Positions 1 through 11,469 of a DNA stretch of 64,000 bases are shown piece after piece (the first letter of the stretch is position 1; every line of letters starts with the position of its first letter). Source of the DNA: Haplodiscus bocki (Eukaryota); the NCBI GenBank assembly GCA_965655095.1, contig OZ296649.1, positions 52,452,001 to 52,516,000 of the forward strand, given 5' to 3'. Made by a program: the position numbers and the translations under genes. A model generated the notes under the pieces. That model saw only the letters and a list, made by a program, of their open reading frames with translations, did not search any database and was not told where the DNA came from.

Positions 1-107
1 ATCGTATTGTTCTTAAACCTATTTTCATTATTTTCCGCCCATATTTAAATATTGAAGGAAAATCATCCACTCAACGCGAACGTTTTTTTTTTCAACGTTC
101 ACTTGCC

Positions 108-722
108 AATTGTCCGGGCAGAATGTCAGGACGATTCTAAAGTTGAAAATCTGTCATCACCAAATTATCGCAAATTTGCCGTAGAATGCGATTGAAATAG
201 TAAGATAATTCAAATACTTGAGAAATTTGGTTTTTATTGGGTAGAAAATTTGGATTTTTAGCTAAAACATGATTTTTCTCAAAATCGGTAAAGGTGGCAA
301 ATTTGCTGTAGAATTCACATCATTTTATACGAATTCTACAGGAAATTGCCACGTTTACCGATTTGCAAACAAAATCATGTTTTTCTTCTAAAAAACACCA
401 AATTTCTTTCCAAAAAACGCAGATTTTCTACGCATTGAAAAACCTTACTATTTCAGTCGCATTCTACGGCAATTTTGATATAATAATTTGGTGATTAAAA
501 AAGTGAAATTCAGAATCATCCGGACATTCTTCTCGAACAATTTCTTTGAAATGTCTTTTTTTCCCACCTGAATTGAGTCTTTTTAAATTTTTTTTAATTT
601 GGAAAACTAAGAAAATTTCCTGGAGAGTATTTATCAGGAAAAATGCTTTCAACCTTTCAAAAAGTATCTTTGTAGAAGTTGGAGGGTGGAAATTAAGCCG
701 GTTGTAGCTGGCCGGCCGTCTT
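108..722. mobile_element. Non-autonomous foldback repeat with a Helitron-like 3' hairpin
   Basis: Imperfect palindrome at ~108-542 centred near 325 (CAAATTTGCCGTAGAATGCGATTGAAATAGTAAG at 171-204 vs its reverse complement at 445-478). It is followed by a short GC-rich hairpin GCCGGTTGTAGCTGGC at ~697-712. Family assignment is inference. Confidence 0.5.
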
Positions 723-1349
723 CTTATATATTATATGATATTATACAAGAATTTTGACCCCGTCACCCCCCCCCCCCCCCCCCTCACACGGAAGCGAACT
801 CTTCCCTGATTGGCTAAAATTCACTCGCGCAAGTTGAAACATTACACTCCTTATTACTTCGCATATTCATTATGGCGTGGAGGGAGTTAACCGAAACGAT
901 CCTTTGGGTCGGTTTCAATGTAAATTTTGGGGTACTCGTTTCCGGAGAGCTTCTTAGTTTTTTGATAACTTAACTCGGAGTCCTATTTCTTGTAAAGTAA
1001 ACTGGGTGTAGCATTAATAAAATTAGTTACTAGTATCAGGAAATTGAACAAATTAGCTCATAAATACTTTCGAGTACCCAATGACCTAATTGAAGTGAAG
1101 CTATCACCCAACTGCTTAAACTTGAGAACTAATTATCATTTCATTCCGAAGAGCTAATCCAAACTTTGGTCAAAGATAAAGGTAAGTTGACTCCCTATCA
1201 AGGAAATTTGAGTTAATGTAATACAATTCAGTAATGATAACAAACGTCTTTGGAGCATAACTCTGCAGCATTTTTGCCTTCTAGGGAAAGGAGCAGGACT
1301 CGCAAAGGATAGAAAGGAGGGTGGAGGTTCATTAGCTCAACGTACTTAC

Positions 1350-1525
1350 CGAATCAACCATAGTCAACTGTTGGTAGTTTGTTGAGTCAAATCAGATGGA
1401 TGTTGTTGATATGTGTTTGCTGATAGAAGTTACTTTGGTGATATGATAGTAACAGTAGACAGGAGATCACAGCTGGAAAAGTCCACACAGCACTGTCGGC
1501 GCAAGCTTCAAAATATCATAAAGAT
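1350..1525 (-). other. Probable exon (5'UTR plus start codon, MVDS) of a gene continuing beyond the left edge
   Basis: Strong acceptor CTTCTTTCTTTTCAG ending at 1526 and consensus donor G|GTAAGT at 1349. All three frames are closed from the acceptor, but the exon ends ATG GTT GAT TCG (ATG at 1361-1359), phase 0. Confidence 0.5.
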
Positions 1526-2538
1526 CTGAAAAGAAAGAAGATTACACACTTCACACTTCTATACGTGTTAATAGGAACAATTGAGAATAATGAAGGACAG
1601 CTTATCACCGCGCAAGAAATTTATTTGCACTACTTTTTCGTGATTTAACAATATCTTAGCAGCAAAGAATCCAAGATATTTCAAGATCTCGACGAAGCAA
1701 ACAACATTTCAAGCACCGGGAAGTGATTGTTCGAATATATCATGGCGATTAGTTTATGTTTTCATCGTAATTTTTGATTAAAAGACTTCCATGCCGTTTG
1801 AACATTTTCTCGCTAATTGTGAAAAGATGGCCGTAAAAAATGTAACAATGTATATAGAAGTACAAGTTTAAATATTATGATTGTCGCCTTCTTTATTTTG
1901 ACTTCATTAAAATGAAAACCAGTTGAAGCTCCATTCTATCTGCTAACTAGAGATTGGAAAATCAAAAAATGTTGAAGCAGATGGTCGATGTCAACAGAAA
2001 CCAGAGGAGAGTAACTGCAACTCCGATGAAATTGCGAACCTATACAGAAGCAATTAGAGCAATTGTTCAAGCATAGGAGCCACAAAATAGTTGAACGCGT
2101 ACTTGTCAAAAGGGAGACTTCATTTTCATTTGTCACTTTCACACAGAACAAAATGATGCATTTCAGATATTCCTTGAAACATAAAACCATAAAATGCAAA
2201 AAAAAAGAAAATTAAACACTTGGTTGACATAAAAAATGAGATACGAAACACAGAAATCCTAAAACACAAGTGGAGCTAAGTTCAAAAGCGACCAACAGGA
2301 AAGCAACAATTATTTATACTGAAAAGACAAAACCACTCCGCGAAAATTTTTGGACTTTCAAGAAAAAAAACTGATCACACACATTAGCAATTAACATTCA
2401 GTGACGCATCAGAAGCATTCACGAACGGAAAAATTCCGAAAACTGAGAGTATTTTGAAATGGAAGAGTTGATCCACCCATCAGCACCACCGTTGACCGCC
2501 CGTAATTTCTCTGGGAAACATGTCCTATAATGGAAATG

Positions 2539-3035
2539 AACAAGACTTACGACAGCGAAGCCGCAAAATGTCGGAGTAAGAGGAAAACAAGCCGGGAACG
2601 GCCTAAATCGGCGCAGCCCTTAAAGGCTCAAGATATCAAGGAGAGGACCGTTGTTTTTAAAAAAATCGTGGCGTTTCGGACAAAAATTTATTTAGTTCAA
2701 TCACGTTTTTTTTGGGCGGAAAGAGTACCTCAATTTTTCGAAATTTGTCGAAAAAAGCGCAAAAAATGAGCGGAAATTTTGAAAGTTCAGTAGAAGGACT
2801 CTTTCATACAATATATAGTGTCCGTAAATCCTTAGATTAAATTTTTTTGCTTTATGATTTTCAGAAATTCTTTCGTATTTAAATACATTGTTTTCGCGTT
2901 CCTGGACGTAAAATTAATGGATACCCTGAAAATTTTGGTGGCTCCGAACAGTTTGAACGGTCATAGTTGTAATCTCACGTGGTGAAAAAAGCCACTGTTG
3001 CCAGTCGAGCACTTTCTTACAAAAGTGCCGATTAA
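2539..3035 (+). mobile_element. Probable non-autonomous interspersed repeat ending in a stem-loop
   Basis: Ends in AGTCGAGCACTTT-CTTAC-AAAAGTGCCGATT (hairpin at ~3003-3033) preceded by AAAAAAGCCACTGTT; a similar end motif occurs near 14685-14720. No credible ORF. Confidence 0.35.
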
Positions 3036-3622
3036 ACTTTCAAGACCACCTCAGTATTAAAATACTTCAACGTTTTGGATTATCATCTTTTGTTGAGAGG
3101 TAAATGTAAGCTCATTTAAAGCTACCACAAGGAATCTGACCAATTTAGCAACAAGCGTACAAGATCGAAAACAAAAACATTATAGGTGAGCCAAATATCA
3201 AGCGGTTATTTTGATGTTTTGAATCTTTATCAACAACTGGTCACAGTGGTAGAAAGTCGCGAGCTTGCAAAAAACTTGTCGAGAGAACTAAATAATTTGG
3301 TAACAAACACAATGTGAAAAATCCACCAGAAGGAAAACTATAAAGATCTTCAACAATATGACGCAGCGAGATAATTTAAACTAAAAACACGTGGTGACGT
3401 TAACGCAGTAAAGCAAAAAGCTTTGAGCATACAAGTGAGGTTAGAGCAAGTTGACGCCAGTTTGAATAGAAACAGCTCGATACAGCAAACAGTACCAAAT
3501 GAAATCTAAAATTGGAGGAGCATCATTAGCAACTTCCCAATTTGTAATTTGTACTCTTTTCACACGCCATCTTGAAGACATTTTAAAGTACCTTCGTTTA
3601 ATTATCTGGAAAAATGACCTCC

Positions 3623-3634
3623 AATAAATTTATT
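3623..3634. promoter_or_regulatory. Polyadenylation signal for CHMP6 inside the palindrome AATAAATTTATT
   Basis: AATAAA on the minus strand at 3634-3629, ~105 nt downstream of the CHMP6 stop; the same 12-mer gives AATAAA on the plus strand at 3623-3628. Confidence 0.55.
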
Positions 3635-3737
3635 ACATAACAATTACAGCAAATGACAGCAATATAAAATGAGCTAATTGTATTGTCAAACATAAAAAGC
3701 TAAAAAAAAGTTTCATGCATTATGAATATGATTGAAA

Positions 3738-4421
3738 TTAGCCTGGAATGGCTTCTGTCCTGCGATAACTGGAACCAGCTGCTGATTTACTGACTTCTGC
3801 AGAGGGTACGGGCAAATTTCCAGTGGGTACATCCGGCAAATGTAGCATCTCATCGTTGTCCCCAACAGCACCATTTGATATGCCAACAGCACCTTGCTGA
3901 GCCGCCACATCATCAGCAGCCAGCAGTGCTTCCAGTTCATCCAGAGCTTCCTGCTCATCTTCTGGACTCATCGATCCAGCCAACGTGTCCACAATCTGCT
4001 GTTGTAACTTCACAGCATCATCTGTGTCATCCATGAGTTGTTCGACGTCATCCAATTTCAGCACATTTTGGAGTTTCGCCAGGGCTTCTTTCCCAGCTTT
4101 TATACCATCGACTACTTTAATCTGCACGTTGGTCATTTCTATCTCATTCACCATCGTGTCTAAATTCTCCAACTGCCTTTCTGTTTTCTCAATCAAGGAT
4201 TCTTTGTATCGTTTCTTTCGTAACACAGCTTTGGCCCTGTCATTGCGGCCTTCCTGCAGTAACGTTTTGGCAACTGTTCGCTCTTTTTCTAGATCTCCTT
4301 CAATTTTCTTTTTGTATCTGTTCAACTGATCTCTCGCATTTTTCAATTCCAAGATGGCCCAATCACTGTCGGTCACACGACTATTTTGCTTCTTTTTACT
4401 TTTTCCAAAAACATTTCCCAT
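3738..4421 (-). CDS. CHMP6: Charged multivesicular body protein 6 / Vps20 (ESCRT-III, Snf7 family), 227 aa
   Basis: Myristoylation-type N-terminus MGNVFGKSKK; SRVTDSDWAILELKNARDQL matches the CHMP6/Vps20 helix-1 pattern; basic N-half and acidic C-half coiled coils; C-terminal MIM2-like LPDVPTGNLP. Uninterrupted ORF. Confidence 0.95.
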   Translation of the reverse strand: MGNVFGKSKKKQNSRVTDSDWAILELKNARDQLNRYKKKIEGDLEKERTVAKTLLQEGRNDRAKAVLRKKRYKESLIEKTERQLENLDTMVNEIEMTNVQIKVVDGIKAGKEALAKLQNVLKLDDVEQLMDDTDDAVKLQQQIVDTLAGSMSPEDEQEALDELEALLAADDVAAQQGAVGISNGAVGDNDEMLHLPDVPTGNLPVPSAEVSKSAAGSSYRRTEAIPG

Positions 4422-4440
4422 CGCTCAAGCGCAGCTTCAT

Positions 4441-4498
4441 CTGAAAAATTTTATTCCTCATCTTGAAAAAAATCACATCGATATATATATATACATAC
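4441..4498 (-). other. Probable 58-nt intron in the CHMP6 5'UTR
   Basis: Donor GTATGT at 4498 and acceptor AATTTTTCAG ending at 4441, 19 nt upstream of the CHMP6 ATG. Confidence 0.55.
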
Positions 4499-6868
4499 AT
4501 ATTCATGAAAATGAACGCAGCGGCGCCAAATGAGCACACCATAAATGAAAGTAACACACAATTCAACAACTGCTCTAACCGCTTTGCTTAGAAAGACCAA
4601 TGGTTAATTTTTCAACAGTAACCATTTGGTCATTCAGTAATCATTTTTTACCAATTTCAATTTTCAAGTGGTAGCTACATTTGATTAAAAAATTGGCAAC
4701 TTTCAAAATTTCTAATACATATTTAGGTCACGTACGAATATCTCCGCTTTAGTTGGAAGTTTCGTTCATCCAATCCAGTGATAACGTTTTTAAAGCATTT
4801 GAGTATCCGAATTCAAATTAGAAAGAATGGTTTTTCAAACGTTCAGGATACTGACATGCTGAATAGTTTAACCAGAACGGTTAGAAATTTTGAATGGCTA
4901 AACGGTTTGAAAAATTGCTAGGATTATTTAGCAATGTAAAAATGAACGAAGAGAGGGAAATCTACAATTTGACTTAGTTCAGTTTGAGTTAATGTCACGA
5001 AGTCAGTGTAGCTTCGTAAAAAAATCGGGAAAAGCAGAAAATATAGACCTACTGAGACAAGGACAAATTGCCACAAAACTCATGTTTAATTTTGGCTCTG
5101 AGTAACAAAGAGGACAAATATTGTCCATCTTCACATCAGACTTCCAAGAAAATGAAGTCAAAGTCACAATTCAAAACAACCCAAGCTTTCTTCAACAACC
5201 CAAGCTTTCTTCAACAACCCAGTACTAAGCCGGGTTTCGAATTCATGTTGTGGTTTGAAATTTTCTCATGGAACAGTCAGACAAAAATTAACCGAAAGAG
5301 AAAGTGTAGCGTGCAATCGACGGCCCGTGACAGAATTTTCAAGGATGGATTTCTACAAACACAATGAGTTCTTTTGAAAAACATCAGCTACAAAGGATTC
5401 GTAGAATTTCATCTACTTTACAATGGTCGTTTGACAATTTTGTCTTCACTTTAACAAAGATGAGACATGAGCATCTCTCACGATTTTACCATTAAGCCCC
5501 TTTTTGAATTTATTCAAGAAAATCCCAAGATTGACTTCAAATGGTGAACACAAACAGTAGACTCTAGTTTTTTCCCCAAATTATCATTTTAACATCAATT
5601 CTGGAAAATCTTCACTCACTCGTGACTTCAAGACAGAATTGAAAAACATTTTACCTTTTACTACTAAATAAAATTGAATTCCATAGAAACATCCTTCACT
5701 TCCACTTTATGCGTGAATGAAGTTGCGTTAAAATTTGGAGTAGTTCAGAATTCACTCACAACATGCTGGTCTTTCACTTAGGCTTGAATTAATTCTCTGA
5801 GAATGAATGAAACTTTTTACCGTCCATTATTTGTCGAAGTTCTAGCCATGTTAGCAATGTATTCTAGGATGATAACGTTTATTTTTGCCAACCTTTTGTT
5901 GCCAAACAAAAGTGTATCGGAACACCGGCTGAATAAGAACCAAATAGTAGCTTCCTGACAACTCCTCCAACACAAGTTTCCAGAAAAACATCAAAACAAG
6001 AGACGCAGTTGCAATGCGATATTCTCAGTCAGAGGAGTGTAGAAATGATTGATCGAACATACAACAAGTGGTTATCGATTGAGACCTTTTCGGAAGAATT
6101 CGAGCCACTATTTTCTAGCTTGATCCTTTAATTTGTAAATTTCTATTACAATTAGTTTATGATAATTTTTCATTACATTTGCGAAAGCAGTAGCAGTGTT
6201 AAATAGAAGAGCTTTAGAAAATTATGAGTTTGAATATCAACAAAATGAAAAAGCAGTTACACTTTTGGCCACATCATGAAAAGACTTTTGATTGTACAAA
6301 AATCAAGAATTTCAATCCAAGACCTTTCTACAGATAAAAAGCCATCACTAAACACCTGGAAGGAAGAAGTGAACTCATTACTTATGGAAAAATAACAACT
6401 TGAATCAAGGCACATGTCAAAACTATAAATTTGGTATTTTTGAACTATCGGGATTCCGACATCAAGATCCAACCTTTTCTTTTCAATACTCCTCCTCAAA
6501 TAACGAATTGTTGCTTTAGCCCTTGATGGAACAGATCTAGTTCGTAGTTGCGGACAAACATGATTTCGAAAACCTTGATGGAATTATTGATAACAATTTC
6601 GTCATTTCTTGCCGGCCACGAATCGGGAGCAAGAAAAACATACGCACTAAGGGCTCAGTGCTGGGCTCGTGGCAAGAGCTTTTAAAAAAAACAAGCAAAT
6701 TGTGCCATCATCTTCCAAATGAAACCACGATCCTTCACGGATTTGAAATGAATCTAAAATATCAAAATGCATTCAAAATCGATAGAATGCATACAATTCT
6801 TTGATACAATTGAAGTGTCTTTATTATTTTAATGCCTAACTGGCCTCATTTTTATTCTTTGCTTCCAG

Positions 6869-7045
6869 GAAATAGGATTAAACACTCAAAAATCTTACAA
6901 ACGGTCAATCTATCCCGATCTGGAGGTTTCTTTCGTTAAAATTATATTGAAAAACTTTGGGACGCAAAATAAATGGCGAAAATATTGCACCTTTTTGTTA
7001 CATTTATTGATAAATTTTGTATTTTCCAGACGTAACTGCCCCAAG
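6869..7045 (+). CDS. Two tentative internal exons (6869-6925 and 16-nt microexon 7030-7045) of an unidentified gene
   Basis: Acceptors TTTATTCTTTGCTTCCAG and TTTTGTATTTTCCAG; donors GAG|GTTTCT and AAG|GTACTG. Phases 1-1 and 1-2 splice in frame to the 10357 exon, giving NRIKHSKILQTVNLSRSGDVTAPS. Alternative models exist and the first exon was not located. Confidence 0.4.
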
Positions 7046-8668
7046 GTACTGAAATGTGACAACAAGTTCAAAACATCAAAAACACCTCAATTATCATGTT
7101 GTCGAGGGAAAACAAAGCAATAACCTTTCTGACCCCCAACCACAAGTTAAAAGATAAAAAACTGAAAACCGCTTGTTATAGTTCGTCTAGGTGCCATGAT
7201 AAAAAATTTCGCTTCAAAAAAATCGGTACACCAAAATAAGCTCCATCTTCAAGACTCTTTCGCATAAAAGCCGAAAAAAAATCTCAATGGAAACGTAGAT
7301 TATCGATTCGTGACTTTTTCTTCTGCCATGGTAAGCTAAGGTTTTTTCCAGATTTGCATCCAGTACGAAGGAGTTGAAACTGACGGAAGATGTTCATAAC
7401 CTCGATGTAACAAATCTGTTGACAAAAAAAAACGTACTGTAAAATTTCGTCACCGCAAAAAAAACAAACTCTCTGATATATTTGATTTTTCGTAGGATGA
7501 TTTTTTAAAAATCATGTACGTTGAGGAGATAGGTGCCCAGGTGAAACATTTGAAACGCACAAAAGTATTCGAAGTACCCACGAAAGCTCGATAATCAAGT
7601 TTCTTTCGCACAGGAAGCGAAGATCGAAGATTTTCGGAAAGCAAAAATAGTAAAGTATGCGATAGAAAAAGAGTTTTATCGTGAAGCCTGTACAAATTTC
7701 AGGCAATTTGGAGCCCTAAATATGCACGCAATTGACCTTTAATATAACAACTTTGGTAAAATTGGACAAATTTAGCTGAGTTTACGAATTTCTATCGCAA
7801 AAAAACTCCCGGGCCGCAACTAAAAATTAGTATGTGAAAAAATAAAGTCCACTGCTGTAGAAGTCAGAGAAGTTCGTCAGTTAGGTGGAGAAATATCAAG
7901 CTTTGAACAAAAAAACTTGAGTTGAAAGTGGAAAGAATGGCCTCTGAATTCTCCAGTGTGGGTTTCTCTCTGAAAAAGCTTCGCTTGCCTCTCGTTACGG
8001 TCGGCTAAAACTAGAGATACTTTTTGAGAAGTCCTTCAACAGTAAAATACGTTGATTAGGACCAAGATAGAAGTTAAGCAGGTAATGTTGTGAATTATGA
8101 CTTTAAATGTCGAGGTAATTCAATGAGCACTTTTTGGTATATTCCGAGTATCAAGATTCCGAAAGGACGAAAAAAAGACTATTTTTTAGTTCCATAGTCC
8201 TCCGCAATTAAATAGATGCTGACTGAGTTTTCGGTGGAAGAAGTCAAGCCAACAATTATTCAGAAAGAACAATTTGAACATTGAGATATGTTATGATTAA
8301 AAGCGCACTTTGCAGTTTTTGCGCTATCAGGATAAAGACGAAAGCACAAAATCGAATATTCGTCTCTTGAATAGTCCTCCTCAAGCAAAGACCTCTCAAA
8401 TGAACGATCAAAGCAGAAAGTCAAGGTGGTAGTTATGCATAGTTAAATATGTTTGAAAATCGAGATCTGTACTTATGCATAGCATTCTTGACATTTTCGG
8501 CTATCACGTTTCCGACGCAAAGAAAAACAACGATAATTTTTCTGTTGGAAAGTCCTCATCAAATGAAAGGTTGTCGACTGAAACCATGATGAAAGAATTG
8601 AATCATGTTATTCTGGAGAAAAGTGAGTTTCAACATTCAACAAAATCAAAACTTAAGATTATAAAAAA

Positions 8669-8756
8669 TTTTTGCTAAAAGTCCGAAAAGTTTTTAAATT
8701 TATAAATGTTTATAAACAATTATGAATTCAAAAACTTTTCGGACTTTTAGCAAAAA
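8669..8756. repeat. 88-bp near-perfect spacerless palindrome
   Basis: 44-bp arms beginning TTTTTGCTAAAAGTCCGAAAAGTTTTT, three mismatches, centre TTTA|TAAA. Confidence 0.9.
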
Positions 8757-10356
8757 AATTTCAATAGGTGAGCGAAAATTTTTCGGCACGGTTATCAAAA
8801 CTGCATTGTATGTGTCCAGCGGAACATTGGGTTTCAAGGAACGTGAACATGTTGACTCCGAATTGGCACAATACTGAGGAAAAAGTCAACATACTGAGAA
8901 TGATTTTCCTTTCGATATATTACGACGCAAAATAGTAATTTGTCGCACCTGATACGAGAACTTTCAAAAGCTGAGTCGACGCCGCCTACAGACGCGATGT
9001 GATGAAATTCTGTTTTTTTTGTGTTTTAAAATATTCAGGTTATCTACTAGGGAGGGGGTTTCAAGAAAATCTCTCGGATTTCCTTGCCCGGGTTTTCTTG
9101 TTGAGTAGATGTAGTTCTGAGTTCCTATCAATTCGGGAAAATACATTTTCCATACACCATACAGTCCTCCATTAAAGTTGAATTTCGAGTGTTTACACTG
9201 CTCTGGTAAAAAAATGAAGTCTCTAATAATTAGCCGGCGCTTTCTTTCGAAAAAGAACTCTAAAAAGAATGACGTTCAAGTAGGTAATATTTGACAACAA
9301 TAAGGTAATTAATGAGTCGTTTTAAGAACGAGCTGCTTATTATACTTGAGGTGAAAAGATACAAACGGGGTGCCAGTCATATCCTGTCAATGAAACGATT
9401 TTTGAAATTAGCAGGAGCAAAAAGTCTCATTCTGCATTGATTGTAGATGTCTCTTTCAAACTAACCAACTTTTCTCAAACTGATCAATATAAACACACTT
9501 GCTGATCCATTTGTGAATATTTCTTTCACTACGCAACATTCTCTTTCACTGTTTGCATATCTCAAATTTCTGTGCCGTCTGTTTCCTAGACAATTCTAAA
9601 AATATTATGAACGTCTTCCCTTTTGCGAAAACGGCGAAAGAGCACTTAATGTGACTCAGCTAATCAGTTCATTAGGAGGCTTTTTACATGAGATTTAAAT
9701 AAGCGCTTGCGTAGATTCAACCAAAGAAAGCTTAGCGAACTGCGCACCTGCAAAACTTGCGAATTATTCATTGTTCCACTTTTTGCGTCCAAACTGATGA
9801 AGTCGGATCCAAAGCTGCCAGAACGTTTCTTGGTTACAATTTGACTTAGTCAAGATTCCTTTCATTTCTTCAAACAATTTTTCATATACCTTTCGAATTG
9901 AACTTTGAAAACGCAACGTCCAAAACACGTGATCAAAAATTTGATCCGATCGCTTCAATATTGATTTGCTCGCTGATTCGAAAAAAAATTGATACTGAAC
10001 TTGTTTTTATGCTATTGACTCATGCACTGATTTGATGCTTTTATTTTTAATTACGAATCTTTTAAAACCGGCGATTCATTCAAAAATTACATCTGAAAAA
10101 ACAGTAGCTAAGCAGCCAGGCGTCGAAAAATTGAAATCAAACGTATGCATTTAATCCGCGTGGCGTTTCAAAGAGCTTAGATACTTCAATTCCATTGTAG
10201 CATAATTTGATCCATCCAAAATCCTAGAGGGATAATTAATTTTAACAATATTTTTGGAGCGTACAAACGACACCTCTTTCCAAAATAGCTTTAACGTTTG
10301 CACCAGAAAACTATGAACACATCTGCTACTATTAACCAATTCACTTACATGTGCAG

Positions 10357-10516
10357 CGAGTGCCGATCAACGCCGCAGAAGAAGATAAACTGGGGACCCT
10401 GGAAAACGTGCTGCTACAGAGAATTTGATGCTCTGGGATCCCCCAGGAAAATGAACCCCGTGTCCCCTCAACCTTTTTGCATCCAAACAATCAGAGCTCC
10501 GGCAGCAGAAAAACAG
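10357..10516 (+). CDS. Penultimate coding exon of an unidentified (orphan) gene
   Basis: TGCAG acceptor and CAG|GTTTGA donor; GC-richer than flanks; open frame ECRSTPQKKINWGPWKTCCYREFDALGSPRKMNPVSPQPFCIQTIRAPAAEKQ ending phase 0, compatible with the next exon. Confidence 0.6.
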
Positions 10517-11167
10517 GTTTGATTTTTATTGAAAGCGCTTTTAACATGCTGCAAACTTTTACTTTCCGAAAGGTAGAATTTTCCAGAAAAACAAGCTTCT
10601 GAAATTCATCAAGATTAACAAGTGTGGCTTTGGATGCTGTCTCCTCGAAAACGAAGCCACAGAATCCACTCATTTAGATCATTCTTATTAATGATGGCAA
10701 GGTTTCTGAAATGGTTGGAAATGAAGAAATGGATGACTTCTCCAAAGGAAAACAAATTTTTATTTAGCATTTCTGCAAGGTTTGCTAGCAATGTTTAATG
10801 TAGCTCCGGGGAGCCTCTGTTCATTTTGACGTCATTTTCTTCATTTATTTACAGCCAAACAAAAGCTTATTCGACTTTCTGTTACCCGATTACCGAATAA
10901 TATTCTTGTAAAGAAAGCAAGTGAAGTCCAGTAAAGTAAGGGAAAACTAGTAAAACTACCAGTTGGAAGGGTTGGAAAAAGAATACTTTGAATCAACTTC
11001 TATTTGCAGGGCCATAAATTTTGAAATGTAAGAAAGGTAAAGTAAAAGTATGAACTTTCACTTAGCCATTAGTTATTGTCAATTAATTTAGAAAGTTCAA
11101 ACCTGAACTCCTGATGGATTCCACTTTTCAATCTCTATTCAGAACTAGAACTATATATTTTTTCCAG

Positions 11168-11368
11168 ATTCCTCCCCAGAAGAAGTTCGAGTCGAAGAAA
11201 AAGAAGAACCTTCTTGGTCCCTTTATGACCGATCAGAAAACCACTTGCGGGCCCCTGTGGAACTGGCAGGAAGGACTCACTGAGCACAAGAAGGAAAGTT
11301 TGGGAATCCCACCAGCTGATGTGTACGCATGGGGCCAAAATTACGTGCAAACTGCCAGAGCAAACTAA
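11168..11368 (+). CDS. Terminal coding exon of the same orphan gene (66 aa plus stop)
   Basis: Strong acceptor TATATTTTTTCCAG; phase-0 frame IPPQKKFESKKKKNLLGPFMTDQKTTCGPLWNWQEGLTEHKKESLGIPPADVYAWGQNYVQTARAN*; ATTAAA at 11475-11480. Confidence 0.65.
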   Translation: MPPQKKFESKKKKNLLGPFMTDQKTTCGPLWNWQEGLTEHKKESLGIPPADVYAWGQNYVQTARAN

Positions 11369-11469
11369 TACTACGAAACTGGTCACAAATTCCAATAATT
11401 TACAGAACTGCCTTAATATTTTTTACAAAAAATATTTCTTCAACAGATCGTTTTCGGATTTTATGATTA

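Noticed and set aside
1936-2199. 87-aa minus-strand ORF
   Set aside because: Non-ATG start in a poly-T tract and no recognisable domain; at most UTR sequence.
3713-4329. ORFs 3985-4329 (+) and 3713-3958 (-)
   Set aside because: Antisense and alternate-frame shadows of CHMP6.
5840-5910. RFX X-box-like GTTGCC/TAGCAA motifs as a ciliary promoter for the orphan gene
   Set aside because: Only half-sites with wrong spacing, and the transcription start is unknown.
9400-9960. Possible decayed DNA-transposase fragment on the minus strand
   Set aside because: No catalytic motif could be recovered by eye.
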